From positions 5,682 to 69,681 of the forward strand of contig SVEB01000050.1 in the NCBI GenBank assembly GCA_015057635.1: a stretch of 64,000 nucleotides of DNA, given 5' to 3'. The position numbers and the translations under genes are program-made. The stretch's first letter is position 1, and each line of letters starts with the position of its first letter. The notes under the pieces are model-generated. The model was not told the origin of the DNA, searched no databases, and saw only the letters and a list, made by a program, of their open reading frames with translations. This document shows, piece after piece, positions 38,141-48,076 of the stretch. This stretch comes from Lachnospiraceae bacterium. Lineage in GTDB: Bacteria > Bacillota > Clostridia > Lachnospirales > Lachnospiraceae.

Positions 38141-39607
38141 TCTCCCCTTACCGCTTTGAGAAACCGCTAGTTTTACAGCTTTATAAGCGCCATCATAAAT
38201 ACCCATCTGCTTATTCTGTAGGATATTATCACACATGGATTCTAATAAGTAGCGATCCTCTAAAAACAGATGGAGCATCTGAAGTGTATGCGGAATATCC
38301 CGACATTCTAACGTTCCGTCTCCAATCTCGGATGAATGGATGGCTCCCCATCTCTCATGTCCGCCAACTCTCTTAATAAAGAGTTTTGGTATCGGGTAAA
38401 ATGAAAGCTCACTTGGTTTTGTCACAAGCACATCCGTACTACGCATTAAAAGATTGGTAGTATACACCGCCTGGAAGATATCCGCATGATAAAAGACATG
38501 AATCCCTGTAACTTCTCCTTGAATTGCATCGGCTGCAAACTGACATGTTTCCTTCCAGTCATCAAAATGAATTGTCGCTTTTTCCAGTGCTTTAATTTCA
38601 CTCTTTAGCTCTTCCCAGACATTTTTATAATCTCCTACATTCACATAAAGAGCAGCCTGTCTTTTCTTAATAAATGGAAGAAGCTCCTTAATGATCGCAG
38701 CAAAGATTTCTTTTTGTGCTCCCGCTCCTCCGATCGTCAGAAGAAAACGCATCGGTTTCTTCTCCTGCTGCCGTTTTACACGCAGCATACAATCATGCTC
38801 AATATTCGAAACAAGCTCATGATCCACATAATGTCCTGCATACTGAATTGCTTCCTTGGGCATCGGTTTCAATACTTTCTTTTTATCCATTCCATTCAAA
38901 ACTCGATAGCCAAGATAAGAAGAATGGGTCTGCACGGTATGAAGACTTCCTTCTGCCAGATGAAGCGCCATCGGCCAGTTATCCGGTATTGCATTCACCA
39001 CATGTTTCATACCTGCATGAACAGCTGCCTGTGCCGGCCACACATGAGTAGCCACATACGGCATATCCTTTGGCACTTCCTTAAATACTGCCGTCATAAG
39101 CTCGGCATTCTTTTGATCAGCTGCATTATAGCTTAATTTTCGGAAACCTTCATAATTCATCGGCTCCCATATAAAGTGGTTGAACAGCCTGCTCTTTCCG
39201 GATATTCGAGACCCAAGTGAATACAGGTCATTCTGTGCCCGGATTACCTTTCCTCCGGTTGTCTCACTATAGGAGTTTAAATCCATCCAGTATGGCACAT
39301 ATCCAAGCGCATTAGCTGCGGATGCAATCGCCATGGAAATTCGGTAATGTCCGAATCCCATTCGGATATTTCCCACAATCACCCCCTTCTCGCAATCCGG
39401 TGAAAATGTCTTAGCATTATTTTGCTCAATCACAATATTCTTTACTCCAAAAAACGGACCAATGCTTGTATTTTCCTGTTCTGCAAGATGATAGACAACG
39501 TTCCTGTCATCTCCAAACTTCCTTACATAGCTTTGCTGCTTTTTCCCTGCCTGCTTAATAACACGTTTCTTCATCTGGTTTCCAAATATGGACTCTGTAC
39601 GACTCAT
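38138..39607 (-). CDS. DUF6938-like protein, probable GT-B glycosyltransferase (GT28/UgtP-like)
   Basis: Ordered motifs GFGH, ATHVWP, IPD, TIGGAG, DVLVTKPSE, GGHE; see findings. Confidence 0.75.
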   Translation of the reverse strand: MSRTESIFGNQMKKRVIKQAGKKQQSYVRKFGDDRNVVYHLAEQENTSIGPFFGVKNIVIEQNNAKTFSPDCEKGVIVGNIRMGFGHYRISMAIASAANALGYVPYWMDLNSYSETTGGKVIRAQNDLYSLGSRISGKSRLFNHFIWEPMNYEGFRKLSYNAADQKNAELMTAVFKEVPKDMPYVATHVWPAQAAVHAGMKHVVNAIPDNWPMALHLAEGSLHTVQTHSSYLGYRVLNGMDKKKVLKPMPKEAIQYAGHYVDHELVSNIEHDCMLRVKRQQEKKPMRFLLTIGGAGAQKEIFAAIIKELLPFIKKRQAALYVNVGDYKNVWEELKSEIKALEKATIHFDDWKETCQFAADAIQGEVTGIHVFYHADIFQAVYTTNLLMRSTDVLVTKPSELSFYPIPKLFIKRVGGHERWGAIHSSEIGDGTLECRDIPHTLQMLHLFLEDRYLLESMCDNILQNKQMGIYDGAYKAVKLAVSQSGKGR

Positions 39608-40176
39608 TTTGCTTCCTCCTTCTCTCTTGTTAGAATCCCTTCTAATATGATACCAATCATCTCTTTTAATGCATGTTCATAAGAAATCTCATTCTGAATC
39701 AGTATTGTTCCATTTAAAAGCTGCTCAAAGATCTCGCATAACAGCATCTTTAGCACAACCAGATTACAAGAGCGGATCACGCCCTCCTGCATTCCCTGTT
39801 CTAACAGTCGGATGGTCGGCTCCCAGTCGCTTTCGATATGCACCAAAATACTTTCATGCATCTTCGGATAGCTCTTTTTTATATCACTGATTCTTCGATA
39901 ATCCAAAACATCCACATAAGCCGGCACCACATTAAACAGCTCTCTTAGCTTTTCGGCAGTGGATAAGCTCGAATCTTCTAAGATTGCCTGCTGTTTCTCC
40001 TTAACATCTGCAAATACATGCTCAATCACAAGTCCTATGACATCTTCCTTGGATGATACCGTCTCATATAACGTCCGCTTGCTGATTCCAAGCCGCTTTG
40101 CCAGAGAATCCATGGTGAATTTAACCCCATTTTCCTTTAACTCCTCAATACTTGCCTGTAAAATACGCAAAAGCAT
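39604..40176 (-). CDS. TetR/AcrR family regulator
   Basis: FTMDSLAKRLGISKRTLYETVSSKED; stop overlaps the next start (ATGA). Confidence 0.92.
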   Translation of the reverse strand: MLLRILQASIEELKENGVKFTMDSLAKRLGISKRTLYETVSSKEDVIGLVIEHVFADVKEKQQAILEDSSLSTAEKLRELFNVVPAYVDVLDYRRISDIKKSYPKMHESILVHIESDWEPTIRLLEQGMQEGVIRSCNLVVLKMLLCEIFEQLLNGTILIQNEISYEHALKEMIGIILEGILTREKEEAK

Positions 40177-40391
40177 TCTATACTCCCCTCTGTTCTGTGT
40201 GAAAACTGTGAAAACTCGTTTTGTTTTTCTAGTTTTATTTTAACATTTTTTACAATTATGTCAATGTTTTACTATATTGTTTTATATATTTTTACCTTTT
40301 ATTTTTTAGTTTTTTTGTCATCCATTGTGAAATTCTTTTTTCTATTTCTAATTCTATTTTATTGCGAATTCAGGTTCATTCGGTCACATAC

Positions 40392-40432
40392 AAAAAAAGA
40401 GGGACTGACCATTCTGCCTGGCCAGTCTCTCT
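40392..40432 (-). terminator. Intrinsic terminator of the P-type ATPase gene
   Basis: agagggactgacca / tggccagtctctct; the A7 run is a U-tract on the minus strand. Confidence 0.7.
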
Positions 40433-40447
40433 CCGTCTTTTTTCTAA

Positions 40448-43198
40448 TTATTTTTCTCTTATTTTCTTTGCAATCTGTATGAAAACAAAGCTCATTACAG
40501 ATAAACCATATATCCATCCAACTAACGCAATACTTAGTTTGGTTACCTGAAAAACACCCCATAATCCCGGAATAAACAGAACTGCATTTAGAAAGATAAG
40601 ACCGATTAAAAATGCACCAATTAAAAACCGGTTATTTAACATTTCCCTGCCAAACAGAAGAAACTTTTGGGATTTACAACTGAATCCATGCAAAAGTCTG
40701 GACAAACAAAGCACGGAAAATGCCATCGTTGATGCCGCCCCTGCACCACCCTGTTCCAGTCCAATATAATAGGCGGTCATTGTCATCACAGCTATGATCG
40801 CACCTTCGGTCACGATATCTAATAAAAGACGTTTTGTCAGCACTGACTCCGTTTTGCTTCTTGGCTTCTTTTCCATTACATCCTTTGTATGAGGATCTAA
40901 CCCTAACGCAATTGCCGGAAGGGAATCTGTAAGAAGATTGATAAATAAAAGATGAACCGGTGCAAACGGTACTGCCAGCCCCGCTAAGGAAGCATATACA
41001 ACTGCCATGATTCCTGCCATATTTCCGGATAACAGGAACTGAATGGATTTCTTAATATTTTGGTACACGTTGCGGCCGTTCTCCACTGCTTTTACGATTG
41101 TAGCAAAATTATCGTCGGTCAGAATCATGGATGCCGCATCCTTTGCAACCTCCGTTCCGGTTATGCCCATTGCCACCCCTACATCCGCCTGTTTTAGAGC
41201 TGGTGCATCATTCACACCGTCTCCTGTCATCGCTACGATTTTTCCTTTCTGCTGCCATGCCCGGACAATCCGGATCTTATGCTCCGGTGTGACTCTTGCA
41301 TAAACCGAAACATTCTCCACAAAGTCTTTCAGTTCTTCATCCGATAATGATTCCATTTCCGCTCCTTCTACTGCAAGATATCCGTCTTTCAGAATCCCGA
41401 TCTGTTTTGCGATTGCTGCTGCTGTAATCTTATGATCACCGGTGATCATAATCGGCCGGATTCCTGCCCGCATACATTCCGCTACCGCTTCTATTGATTC
41501 TGGTCTCGGTGGATCGATCATCGACATCATGCCAAGGAACACCAGGTCATTCTCATCTTCCAGAGTGATTGCCCCTTCTTGAATCTCCTTATAGGCAAAT
41601 CCAAGGACACGCAACCCCTCTTTGGAATAGCACTCATTCTGCTCACGGATTTCTTGTTTGCCCTCTTTGGTAAACGGTATGACACCATCCTGCTGCTCCA
41701 TACGCTCCGAACGTTCCAACAGTACATCGACTGCACCTTTTGTTATTAGAATTCTTTTTCCTCCAATCCGATGAACCGTTGACATCAGCTTACGGTCCGA
41801 ATCAAATGGGAGTTCCTCTTCTCTTGGATACTTCTTTCGGATTTCTTCTGTTATAGAGCATTCTATCGCTATTTCCTGTTTCAGGCCGGCACTTACTTTT
41901 TTCTCTTTCCTCTTTACGCCAGCGCTGTTTTTCTTTTCCTTGGCTTTCTTTTGATCTGCACTATATTTTTTATCTTTCTCATTCTTCAGACATGCACTTG
42001 TTTTCACCTTATCGTCTCTCTTCATGCCATCTGCCAGGCTGACAAATGCAATTTCCGTTGGATCTCCGGTCTGTGCTTCTTTTGTAATCGTAGCATCATT
42101 GCATAATACAGAGCTTGTTATCAGCTTTTCTGTCAGTGCATCCGATGGGATGCCATCCGTTGCTTTTCGACTGTTTCTGTTATAATACAGATCGATTACT
42201 GTCATCTTATTCTGTGTCAGGGTCCCTGTCTTATCGGAACAAATGATGGATACACTGCCTAAGCCTTCCACAGCCTGAAGCTTTCTAATAATCGCATTTT
42301 CCTTTGCCATCTTCTGCGTTCCAAATGCAAGCACGATCGTGACAATAGAGCTTAATGCTTCCGGTATTGCCGCTACAGCAAGTGCTACTGCGAATAAAAA
42401 GGAACGGATTAAAGACTCTCCCTGTATCATATTTAACAGAAAAACGCCTGCACATATTGCTAAGATAATAAAAGAAAGTTTCTTTCCAAAGGAATCCAGG
42501 CTGATCTGAAGAGGCGTCTTATGTTCTGCCGTATTCTTAAGAAGAGATGCGATCTTGCCGATCTCCGTATTCATTCCGGTCTCCGTAACTAAAACTTTTG
42601 CTCTTCCGTACGTTACAAAGCTGCCCGAATAAACCATATTGACCCGATCCCCTAATGGCACATCCTCTAAGATCTCACAGTCCTTTTTCTCTGCTGGAAG
42701 ACTCTCTCCCGTCAGAGCGCTTTCATTTACCTTTAAACCTGCATTCTCAACAATCTGTCCATCCGCACAGATATAATCCCCTGCTTCTAGGATTAGAATA
42801 TCCCCCGGCACAACCTCTCTTGACGGAATCACCTGAAGTATGCTGCTTCTAAGCACCTTTGCGTTTGGTGCCGACATCTTCTTAAGGCTATCTAATGACT
42901 TCTCAGCCTTCTGATGCTGGATGGTGCCGAGTATCGCATTGATGGTAATGACCACAAAGATTACAGCCGCGCTTTCTCCATCTCCTAAACAAGCCGATAT
43001 TACGGCCGCTATCATCAGAATGATAACTAAAAAGTCCTGAAACTGTGACAAAAACAGTAACGCCAAACTCTTTTTCTTGCCTTCTGCAATCTCATTATAC
43101 CCTTCCGTCCTAAGACGATCCATTGCCTCCTTCGTACCAATCCCGCTCTCACTCGAGCCAAGCGCTTTCATCTTTTCTGCTTTGCTTATTGCTTTCAT
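40448..43198 (-). CDS. P-type IIA cation-transporting ATPase (Ca2+/Mn2+, YoaB-like)
   Basis: LTGES, AIPEAL, DKTGTLT, KGA, MITGD, TGDGVNDAP, NLLTD. Confidence 0.95.
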   Translation of the reverse strand: MKAISKAEKMKALGSSESGIGTKEAMDRLRTEGYNEIAEGKKKSLALLFLSQFQDFLVIILMIAAVISACLGDGESAAVIFVVITINAILGTIQHQKAEKSLDSLKKMSAPNAKVLRSSILQVIPSREVVPGDILILEAGDYICADGQIVENAGLKVNESALTGESLPAEKKDCEILEDVPLGDRVNMVYSGSFVTYGRAKVLVTETGMNTEIGKIASLLKNTAEHKTPLQISLDSFGKKLSFIILAICAGVFLLNMIQGESLIRSFLFAVALAVAAIPEALSSIVTIVLAFGTQKMAKENAIIRKLQAVEGLGSVSIICSDKTGTLTQNKMTVIDLYYNRNSRKATDGIPSDALTEKLITSSVLCNDATITKEAQTGDPTEIAFVSLADGMKRDDKVKTSACLKNEKDKKYSADQKKAKEKKNSAGVKRKEKKVSAGLKQEIAIECSITEEIRKKYPREEELPFDSDRKLMSTVHRIGGKRILITKGAVDVLLERSERMEQQDGVIPFTKEGKQEIREQNECYSKEGLRVLGFAYKEIQEGAITLEDENDLVFLGMMSMIDPPRPESIEAVAECMRAGIRPIMITGDHKITAAAIAKQIGILKDGYLAVEGAEMESLSDEELKDFVENVSVYARVTPEHKIRIVRAWQQKGKIVAMTGDGVNDAPALKQADVGVAMGITGTEVAKDAASMILTDDNFATIVKAVENGRNVYQNIKKSIQFLLSGNMAGIMAVVYASLAGLAVPFAPVHLLFINLLTDSLPAIALGLDPHTKDVMEKKPRSKTESVLTKRLLLDIVTEGAIIAVMTMTAYYIGLEQGGAGAASTMAFSVLCLSRLLHGFSCKSQKFLLFGREMLNNRFLIGAFLIGLIFLNAVLFIPGLWGVFQVTKLSIALVGWIYGLSVMSFVFIQIAKKIREK

Positions 43199-43338
43199 AG
43201 TAAGCCTCCTGCATTTTCTTATTTACGCAGAATAAAGCGGCTTGATCATAGATATTTTGGCTGACAACATTCATCTTACAAACAGCCAGAAACCAACGAT
43301 CTCCCTTTTTACGACAGAAAATATTTATTTTTCTGCAA

Positions 43339-43515
43339 TAAAAAAGCAAGCCCTTTATTGCACGCATTCACATAACAATAAAAGTCTTGCTACTTAGTTA
43401 CGATCCGGATTCTTCCCATAGATGACAATACATAAATCTATACTGTCTTCCAAAATGGTTCTTCGTACTGACGTCATCGTACACATCTTCGTTAAGATGC
43501 CAGCTACTCCCTTTT
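43339..43515 (-). ncRNA. yybP-ykoY (Mn2+) riboswitch with intrinsic terminator
   Basis: Minus strand AAAAGGGAGTAGC ... TTGTCATC ... CCGG ... AGCAAGACTTTT. Its 3' strand is the 5' arm of terminator GCAAGACTTTTATTG / CAATAAAGGGCTTGC-T7. It lies upstream of a P-type ATPase. Confidence 0.85.
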
Positions 43516-43523
43516 GTAATTTT

Positions 43524-43552
43524 ATGTTAACAGAGTGAGAGAACTCTGTCAA
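43524..43552 (-). promoter_or_regulatory. Promoter of the riboswitch-ATPase transcript
   Basis: TTGACA-N17-TAACAT with an extended -10 TG, about 9 nt before the aptamer. Confidence 0.7.
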
Positions 43553-43567
43553 TCCATTTTTTTAAAT

Positions 43568-44227
43568 CTAGCTGTCCTTTAAAACAACCTGAACCGTATA
43601 GCCTTCTTCATAAGTATCATCTTCTACCACTCTTCCAATCAGTAACTTTAATGTACTCATGGCATTCTGCCTTGCAGTATCAAGGATTCCATTATTCATG
43701 GCTTTTTCCTCGATCAATATGTTCTGTTTATTTAAAAAACTTGTCACATCCTCTGTTGAAAGCCCATTGAAGATGCTGCTCTTCTCATCATAAACCACAA
43801 CGGATTCCATATCAATATCATTCGAAACTATCGTTGCTTGCGGTATCTCTATTATAATCTCATTGCCTGCTACCGACACGCCCACCTCGGATAACTTCAC
43901 ACCTGCTTTGATCACTCCGTCATAAGAAATGGTGAAGGATTTTTTGGTGAGCGGCACATCCCGGTCAAACAGCTGAAGCGCATCCTCAAATTTGCCCATA
44001 TTAGTATAAAAATAACTGACTGTAGCAAGTTCGCCAATCTGTTCCATCTGCTGATGGAGGATATCGGAAGTGATAGCTTGTCTATGATTGCTCTCATCCG
44101 CCTTCTTCTGCTGATAATCCATTCCCAGTTTCGCTCCGAATATCGCAGCGATCAGAACTAAAAAGACCAGTACAATGACCGTCGTTTTCATACTGTGGCG
44201 ACTTCCATTCGAATTGTTCTTTCCCAT
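43568..44227 (-). CDS. DUF4230 domain membrane-anchored protein
   Basis: N-terminal TM, ELATV.Y.Y, YDGVIKAGV.L, AxxxGILDxARxNA. Confidence 0.85.
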   Translation of the reverse strand: MGKNNSNGSRHSMKTTVIVLVFLVLIAAIFGAKLGMDYQQKKADESNHRQAITSDILHQQMEQIGELATVSYFYTNMGKFEDALQLFDRDVPLTKKSFTISYDGVIKAGVKLSEVGVSVAGNEIIIEIPQATIVSNDIDMESVVVYDEKSSIFNGLSTEDVTSFLNKQNILIEEKAMNNGILDTARQNAMSTLKLLIGRVVEDDTYEEGYTVQVVLKDS

Positions 44228-44400
44228 TTTCTTTTCGATTCCTTTCTCCGTCCAATCATCCGGCCTATTGCCAGATTCCTGTTTTCTTTCTCATCCCCAG
44301 ACTATTCCATATTCCTTCTTCGCCTGGGATTATGTATTACTATACCATATTTTTTTTAAATCGAACAGAAAATAGTTTTATTGACATAAAAATTTAAGAA

Positions 44401-45693
44401 TTACTCTCCCTTTTCACTATAAATCATCGTAATTTTCTTATTGTTATTCCATTGCTCTTCCCAGTTCTGATAAACCGTCTCATCCGGTTTAATCACAACC
44501 GTCTGTCCTTCTTCCCATCCATTAAACTGAGGTGCCTCCATCATCTGAACCGTCTTTGGTATCGCCAGTCTCTCCACCCCCTTCAGCTGCACGAATGCAT
44601 CCTCACATATGTACTCAACACTATCCGGCATTATAATGCCTGTAATGTCATAATTATCTTCTATACCATATCCGTCTTCTGTCCACTGGACAAAAGCCTG
44701 ACCTCCGATCACGGTCACGGTATCCGGCACCACAATCTCTCCCTCAAAATGACGTACGGTAAGAAGGGTTCCATTTACAACGATAAACTCCTCCTCCGCT
44801 TCCCACTGCTTATCCATCCAGTCCGTTCCTGCGAAATCATATCCCCCAGTCAAAAGACGTGTACTGTTAAACTCAATATTCGACAGATTCTTGCACTTAT
44901 AAAATACAAATCCCTGTAACGAAAGTTCCGATCCAGGCAGTGCCACATTCTTTAGTCTCGGACAATTTTCAAACGCATGATAACCAATGATTTTAAGACT
45001 ATCCGGGAATGTCACATTCCTCATGTTCGTTTCGGCAAAGGCATATGATCCGATTTCAGCAAGCCCCTCATGAAACACGGTATTTTCCAGACCGCTTTTT
45101 GCAAACGCGTTTGCCTGAATCTCACGCACGCTTGGTGGAATCTCAATTTCAATCAGCTTGTCACATCCGGAAAATGCCTCCTCTCCGATTTCTGTCACAC
45201 CATCCGGAATCACAACTTTTTTAAGACTCGTATCCATCGAAAAACACGCGCTGCTGATCTGTGTCAAATTATCGGGCAACACCACTTCCTCTAACGATGG
45301 AAGAGAAGCAAATGCAAGGGCGCCAATAGTCGTGACGCTGTCGGGAACTACAATTTTTGTGATATTGTCGGCATTCTCACATTCATAGAAAGCCATCTGA
45401 TAAATCTCGGTTACCGGATAACCTTCCATGTCGCTCGGGATGCTCACTTCCGCCTTATCTCCACGATATGCCAAGATCACCGCATGTTCTCCATCAATTT
45501 CATACTCCCATCCCGCGTCTATTCCTTTCTCCTCTTCCATCTCCTCAAGAATAGAAGTCCCAGACAGCTGAATCGGTACTTCCTGATCCTGCTGCCTGAT
45601 ATTTGCCGCTTCCGATACCGCTCCTGGTCTTGCCTTGCACGCACATAACAGCATGGAAAGCATACAGATTCCAAGTCCAAGCTGTTTCTTCAT
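44401..45693 (-). CDS. BspA-type leucine-rich repeat lipoprotein
   Basis: Lipobox LLCAC after start 45693; repeats such as IPDGVTEIGEEAFSGC and IPPSVREIQANAF. Confidence 0.9.
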   Translation of the reverse strand: MKKQLGLGICMLSMLLCACKARPGAVSEAANIRQQDQEVPIQLSGTSILEEMEEEKGIDAGWEYEIDGEHAVILAYRGDKAEVSIPSDMEGYPVTEIYQMAFYECENADNITKIVVPDSVTTIGALAFASLPSLEEVVLPDNLTQISSACFSMDTSLKKVVIPDGVTEIGEEAFSGCDKLIEIEIPPSVREIQANAFAKSGLENTVFHEGLAEIGSYAFAETNMRNVTFPDSLKIIGYHAFENCPRLKNVALPGSELSLQGFVFYKCKNLSNIEFNSTRLLTGGYDFAGTDWMDKQWEAEEEFIVVNGTLLTVRHFEGEIVVPDTVTVIGGQAFVQWTEDGYGIEDNYDITGIIMPDSVEYICEDAFVQLKGVERLAIPKTVQMMEAPQFNGWEEGQTVVIKPDETVYQNWEEQWNNNKKITMIYSEKGE

Positions 45694-45842
45694 ATTATTT
45701 CCTTCTTTCGTATTAAGTTTTTCTTTAGTATAAAGGAAATCAAAAACATTGTCAATAAATGTAATATATCTGTACTTTTTGTTTTTACCTTGTGTGCTAT
45801 CCCCCTTATCCTGCATTGGCCTTTTTATCCTGTCTTATTCGT

Positions 45843-46865
45843 TTAATCCTGTTTTATTCGTCTAAAATATGACTTCGCTGTCTGATACATTTCTTCCAAA
45901 AGACTGTATTCCTCTTCTTCGCTGTCCTGTAAGACTTCCCATATCATAATTCCAGACAGATTCTCACATGCCCACTCTGTTTTCTTCCTAATGGTATTGA
46001 GTCCATTGTAATAAACGGTCACTCCTTCATATACGGTCTGATCTTTGTTGGAGTCTTCCGGATTTTTCTCTACAATATGTCGGTAAGAATACCCATCCGG
46101 TCTTGCATAAAATGGGACACCGATTACCACCTTGCCTGGATCTGCTTTTCTTGTTTTCGTCCAGTATGCTGCAAAGGAAATCATATCCTCATAGTTTGCA
46201 TGATCCCCTTCCATATCCATATCATATGCCATTATATTGATCCAATCCAACTTCTTCACAACTGAATCCGGCTGATACTTCGCACTTTCGCTAAAACCGG
46301 TTGTTGCGGCTGTAAACAACTTTTCCTCTTTCCGCAAGGCATCTCCTAGTACTTTCATAAAATAAGCATACTGATTCATAGTCTCTTCATTGGGATATTC
46401 CCAATCAACATCTGCTCCATCAAAATTATACTCCGTCACCGTTTTTACAATATTAAACGCTAAATACTCTGCCTTTTCCTTTGTTAAGGTTGCTTCCTTA
46501 AAGACATCGCTTAATACTGCCCCCTGATAGGACCAGCCGCCTATGGAAAGCAGGATCTTCACTTGATTTCGATGTGCCTTCCGAACTAGATTCTTTACCT
46601 GTTCCGGATCCTTAAATTTCAGGATAGTCCCTTCTCTTGTCGGAATCGCAAACGCATAATTAATATGGGTCAGACGGTCATAGGGAACGTCCTTATAGCA
46701 ATCTTCATACCAGTCTGGCAAATATCCGATAATCTTAAAATCCTTCAGTTTCTTTGATGGGACCTCCTTTGCAAGCTTTGTGACTATTACTGCCGTCACT
46801 GCTAACAACAAAAAAACGATGCTAAAAATCAGCATCGTCCTTTTCCTTTTTCCCGTCATATGCAA
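45843..46865 (-). CDS. GH18 glycoside hydrolase (chitinase-like), N-terminal membrane anchor
   Basis: LTHINYAF, ILLSIGGW, FDGADVDWEYP (intact DxxDxDxE), IMAYD, GIMIWE. Confidence 0.92.
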   Translation of the reverse strand: MHMTGKRKRTMLIFSIVFLLLAVTAVIVTKLAKEVPSKKLKDFKIIGYLPDWYEDCYKDVPYDRLTHINYAFAIPTREGTILKFKDPEQVKNLVRKAHRNQVKILLSIGGWSYQGAVLSDVFKEATLTKEKAEYLAFNIVKTVTEYNFDGADVDWEYPNEETMNQYAYFMKVLGDALRKEEKLFTAATTGFSESAKYQPDSVVKKLDWINIMAYDMDMEGDHANYEDMISFAAYWTKTRKADPGKVVIGVPFYARPDGYSYRHIVEKNPEDSNKDQTVYEGVTVYYNGLNTIRKKTEWACENLSGIMIWEVLQDSEEEEYSLLEEMYQTAKSYFRRIKQD

Positions 46866-46951
46866 TACCCCTTCTCTGATTTCCTATTACAGAGTATTAT
46901 CGAACAGTCTATTATTATGTAACTTTTTTAATCCGTTTTTTGAAATTTGTC

Positions 46952-47176
46952 CTATCTTTTCTTCCAGAAACAAAGCTTATCCTTTTTCCACTGACGCATG
47001 CGTGTCAAACGGCAGTCCATTGAAAAAAAGTAAAGCAGATATCCCGTCAGAGAAAGGCCCATAAACACTCCTTTCAAAAACTCAGGCATACTATCTAAAT
47101 CCTTTGTCAATGCAAAAACAGCATAAAATCCAACTCCCATTAAAAAATAAGGGTTTCGATTGAGTTCTCGTTTCAT
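46952..47176 (-). CDS. Small two-TM membrane protein
   Basis: Starts 1 bp after the upstream stop; GGAAG RBS; two hydrophobic helices. Confidence 0.65.
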   Translation of the reverse strand: MKRELNRNPYFLMGVGFYAVFALTKDLDSMPEFLKGVFMGLSLTGYLLYFFSMDCRLTRMRQWKKDKLCFWKKR

Positions 47177-47177
47177 A

Positions 47178-47624
47178 TTAAAACTTCCTTCCATAATAGA
47201 TTTTCAATACTTTCCTGGTTCCAAGTAAAAATACACTACAGCAAATCAGCGTTATGAATACTGTCATTTCAAAAAATCCTGCCACAATTGCTGCCACAAG
47301 GACTGCCAGTGCACAGCCGTACAAAGCGTTTCCGCCTGCCTTCTCATAGATCATGCGGGTTCTCTCGTCATTTTCCTCATAGTATTCGCGTTTTAACAGA
47401 TCTTCTTTTCCTAAAATCTTTCCATAATGAACGATTCTTGTAATTCCATACACTTCCATAAGAATGACAAGTCCTATAAAAAAGCCCTGCATAAAATCTG
47501 AATAGTGCTCATTTCCTGTCTGTACATACTGTGGAATCCGAAACATGATCCCGATTAAAAACAGAATGCAGATGCCTGCAGATATGCTCATCCTTCCTAT
47601 AATCTGCTTTCTATACTCTTCCAT
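47178..47624 (-). CDS. Four-TM membrane protein (DUF2178-like, DER motif)
   Basis: ENDERTRMI..KAG flanked by TM helices; coupled to the XRE gene. Confidence 0.75.
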   Translation of the reverse strand: MEEYRKQIIGRMSISAGICILFLIGIMFRIPQYVQTGNEHYSDFMQGFFIGLVILMEVYGITRIVHYGKILGKEDLLKREYYEENDERTRMIYEKAGGNALYGCALAVLVAAIVAGFFEMTVFITLICCSVFLLGTRKVLKIYYGRKF

Positions 47625-47853
47625 TTTCTCCTCCTTTTACGGAAAACTTATCATCCTCCGCTTCTGTAAAATCAAACACTTCTTCGATTGTCAAATGAAA
47701 ATACTTTGCTATCTTATACGCCAGGACAAGTGAGGCTGTATATTTCCCGCACTCTATGGATGTAATGGTCTGCCTTGTCGTGCCTACTGCAAAGGCCAAT
47801 TCCTCCTGCGATAGCTTCTGAGCCTTTCTAAGCTCTTTAATCTTATTTTTCAA
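47611..47853 (-). CDS. XRE/Cro-C1 helix-turn-helix regulator
   Basis: NKIKELRKAQKLSQEELAFAVGTTRQTITSIECGKY..SLVLAYKIA. Confidence 0.93.
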   Translation of the reverse strand: MKNKIKELRKAQKLSQEELAFAVGTTRQTITSIECGKYTASLVLAYKIAKYFHLTIEEVFDFTEAEDDKFSVKGGENGRV

Positions 47854-47895
47854 GGGATGCCTCCTTTGATCTGTAACTTACGTTAAAACATTATT

Positions 47896-47980
47896 GCTAA
47901 GTTCACTTTGCACTTTTAGTATAGTGCGCTTTGCATTTTTTGTCAAGTCTACTTTGCATGTTTTGTAAAGTTAACTTTGC
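47896..47980 (-). promoter_or_regulatory. Four dyad operators at 23-bp spacing overlapping the XRE operon promoter
   Basis: 16-mers gctaagttcactttgc, gtatagtgcgctttgc, gtcaagtctactttgc and gtaaagttaactttgc start at 47896, 47919, 47942 and 47965; minus strand TTGACA-N17-TATACT at 47946-47918. Confidence 0.85.
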
Positions 47981-48076
47981 TTTTTTGTAGCATCAAGCTC
48001 AATTTATCATTTCACAGCCACTCTTATTTCTTACTTCTTATCTGTCCGTTCATCCCGCTATCCCCATCACCATTCA

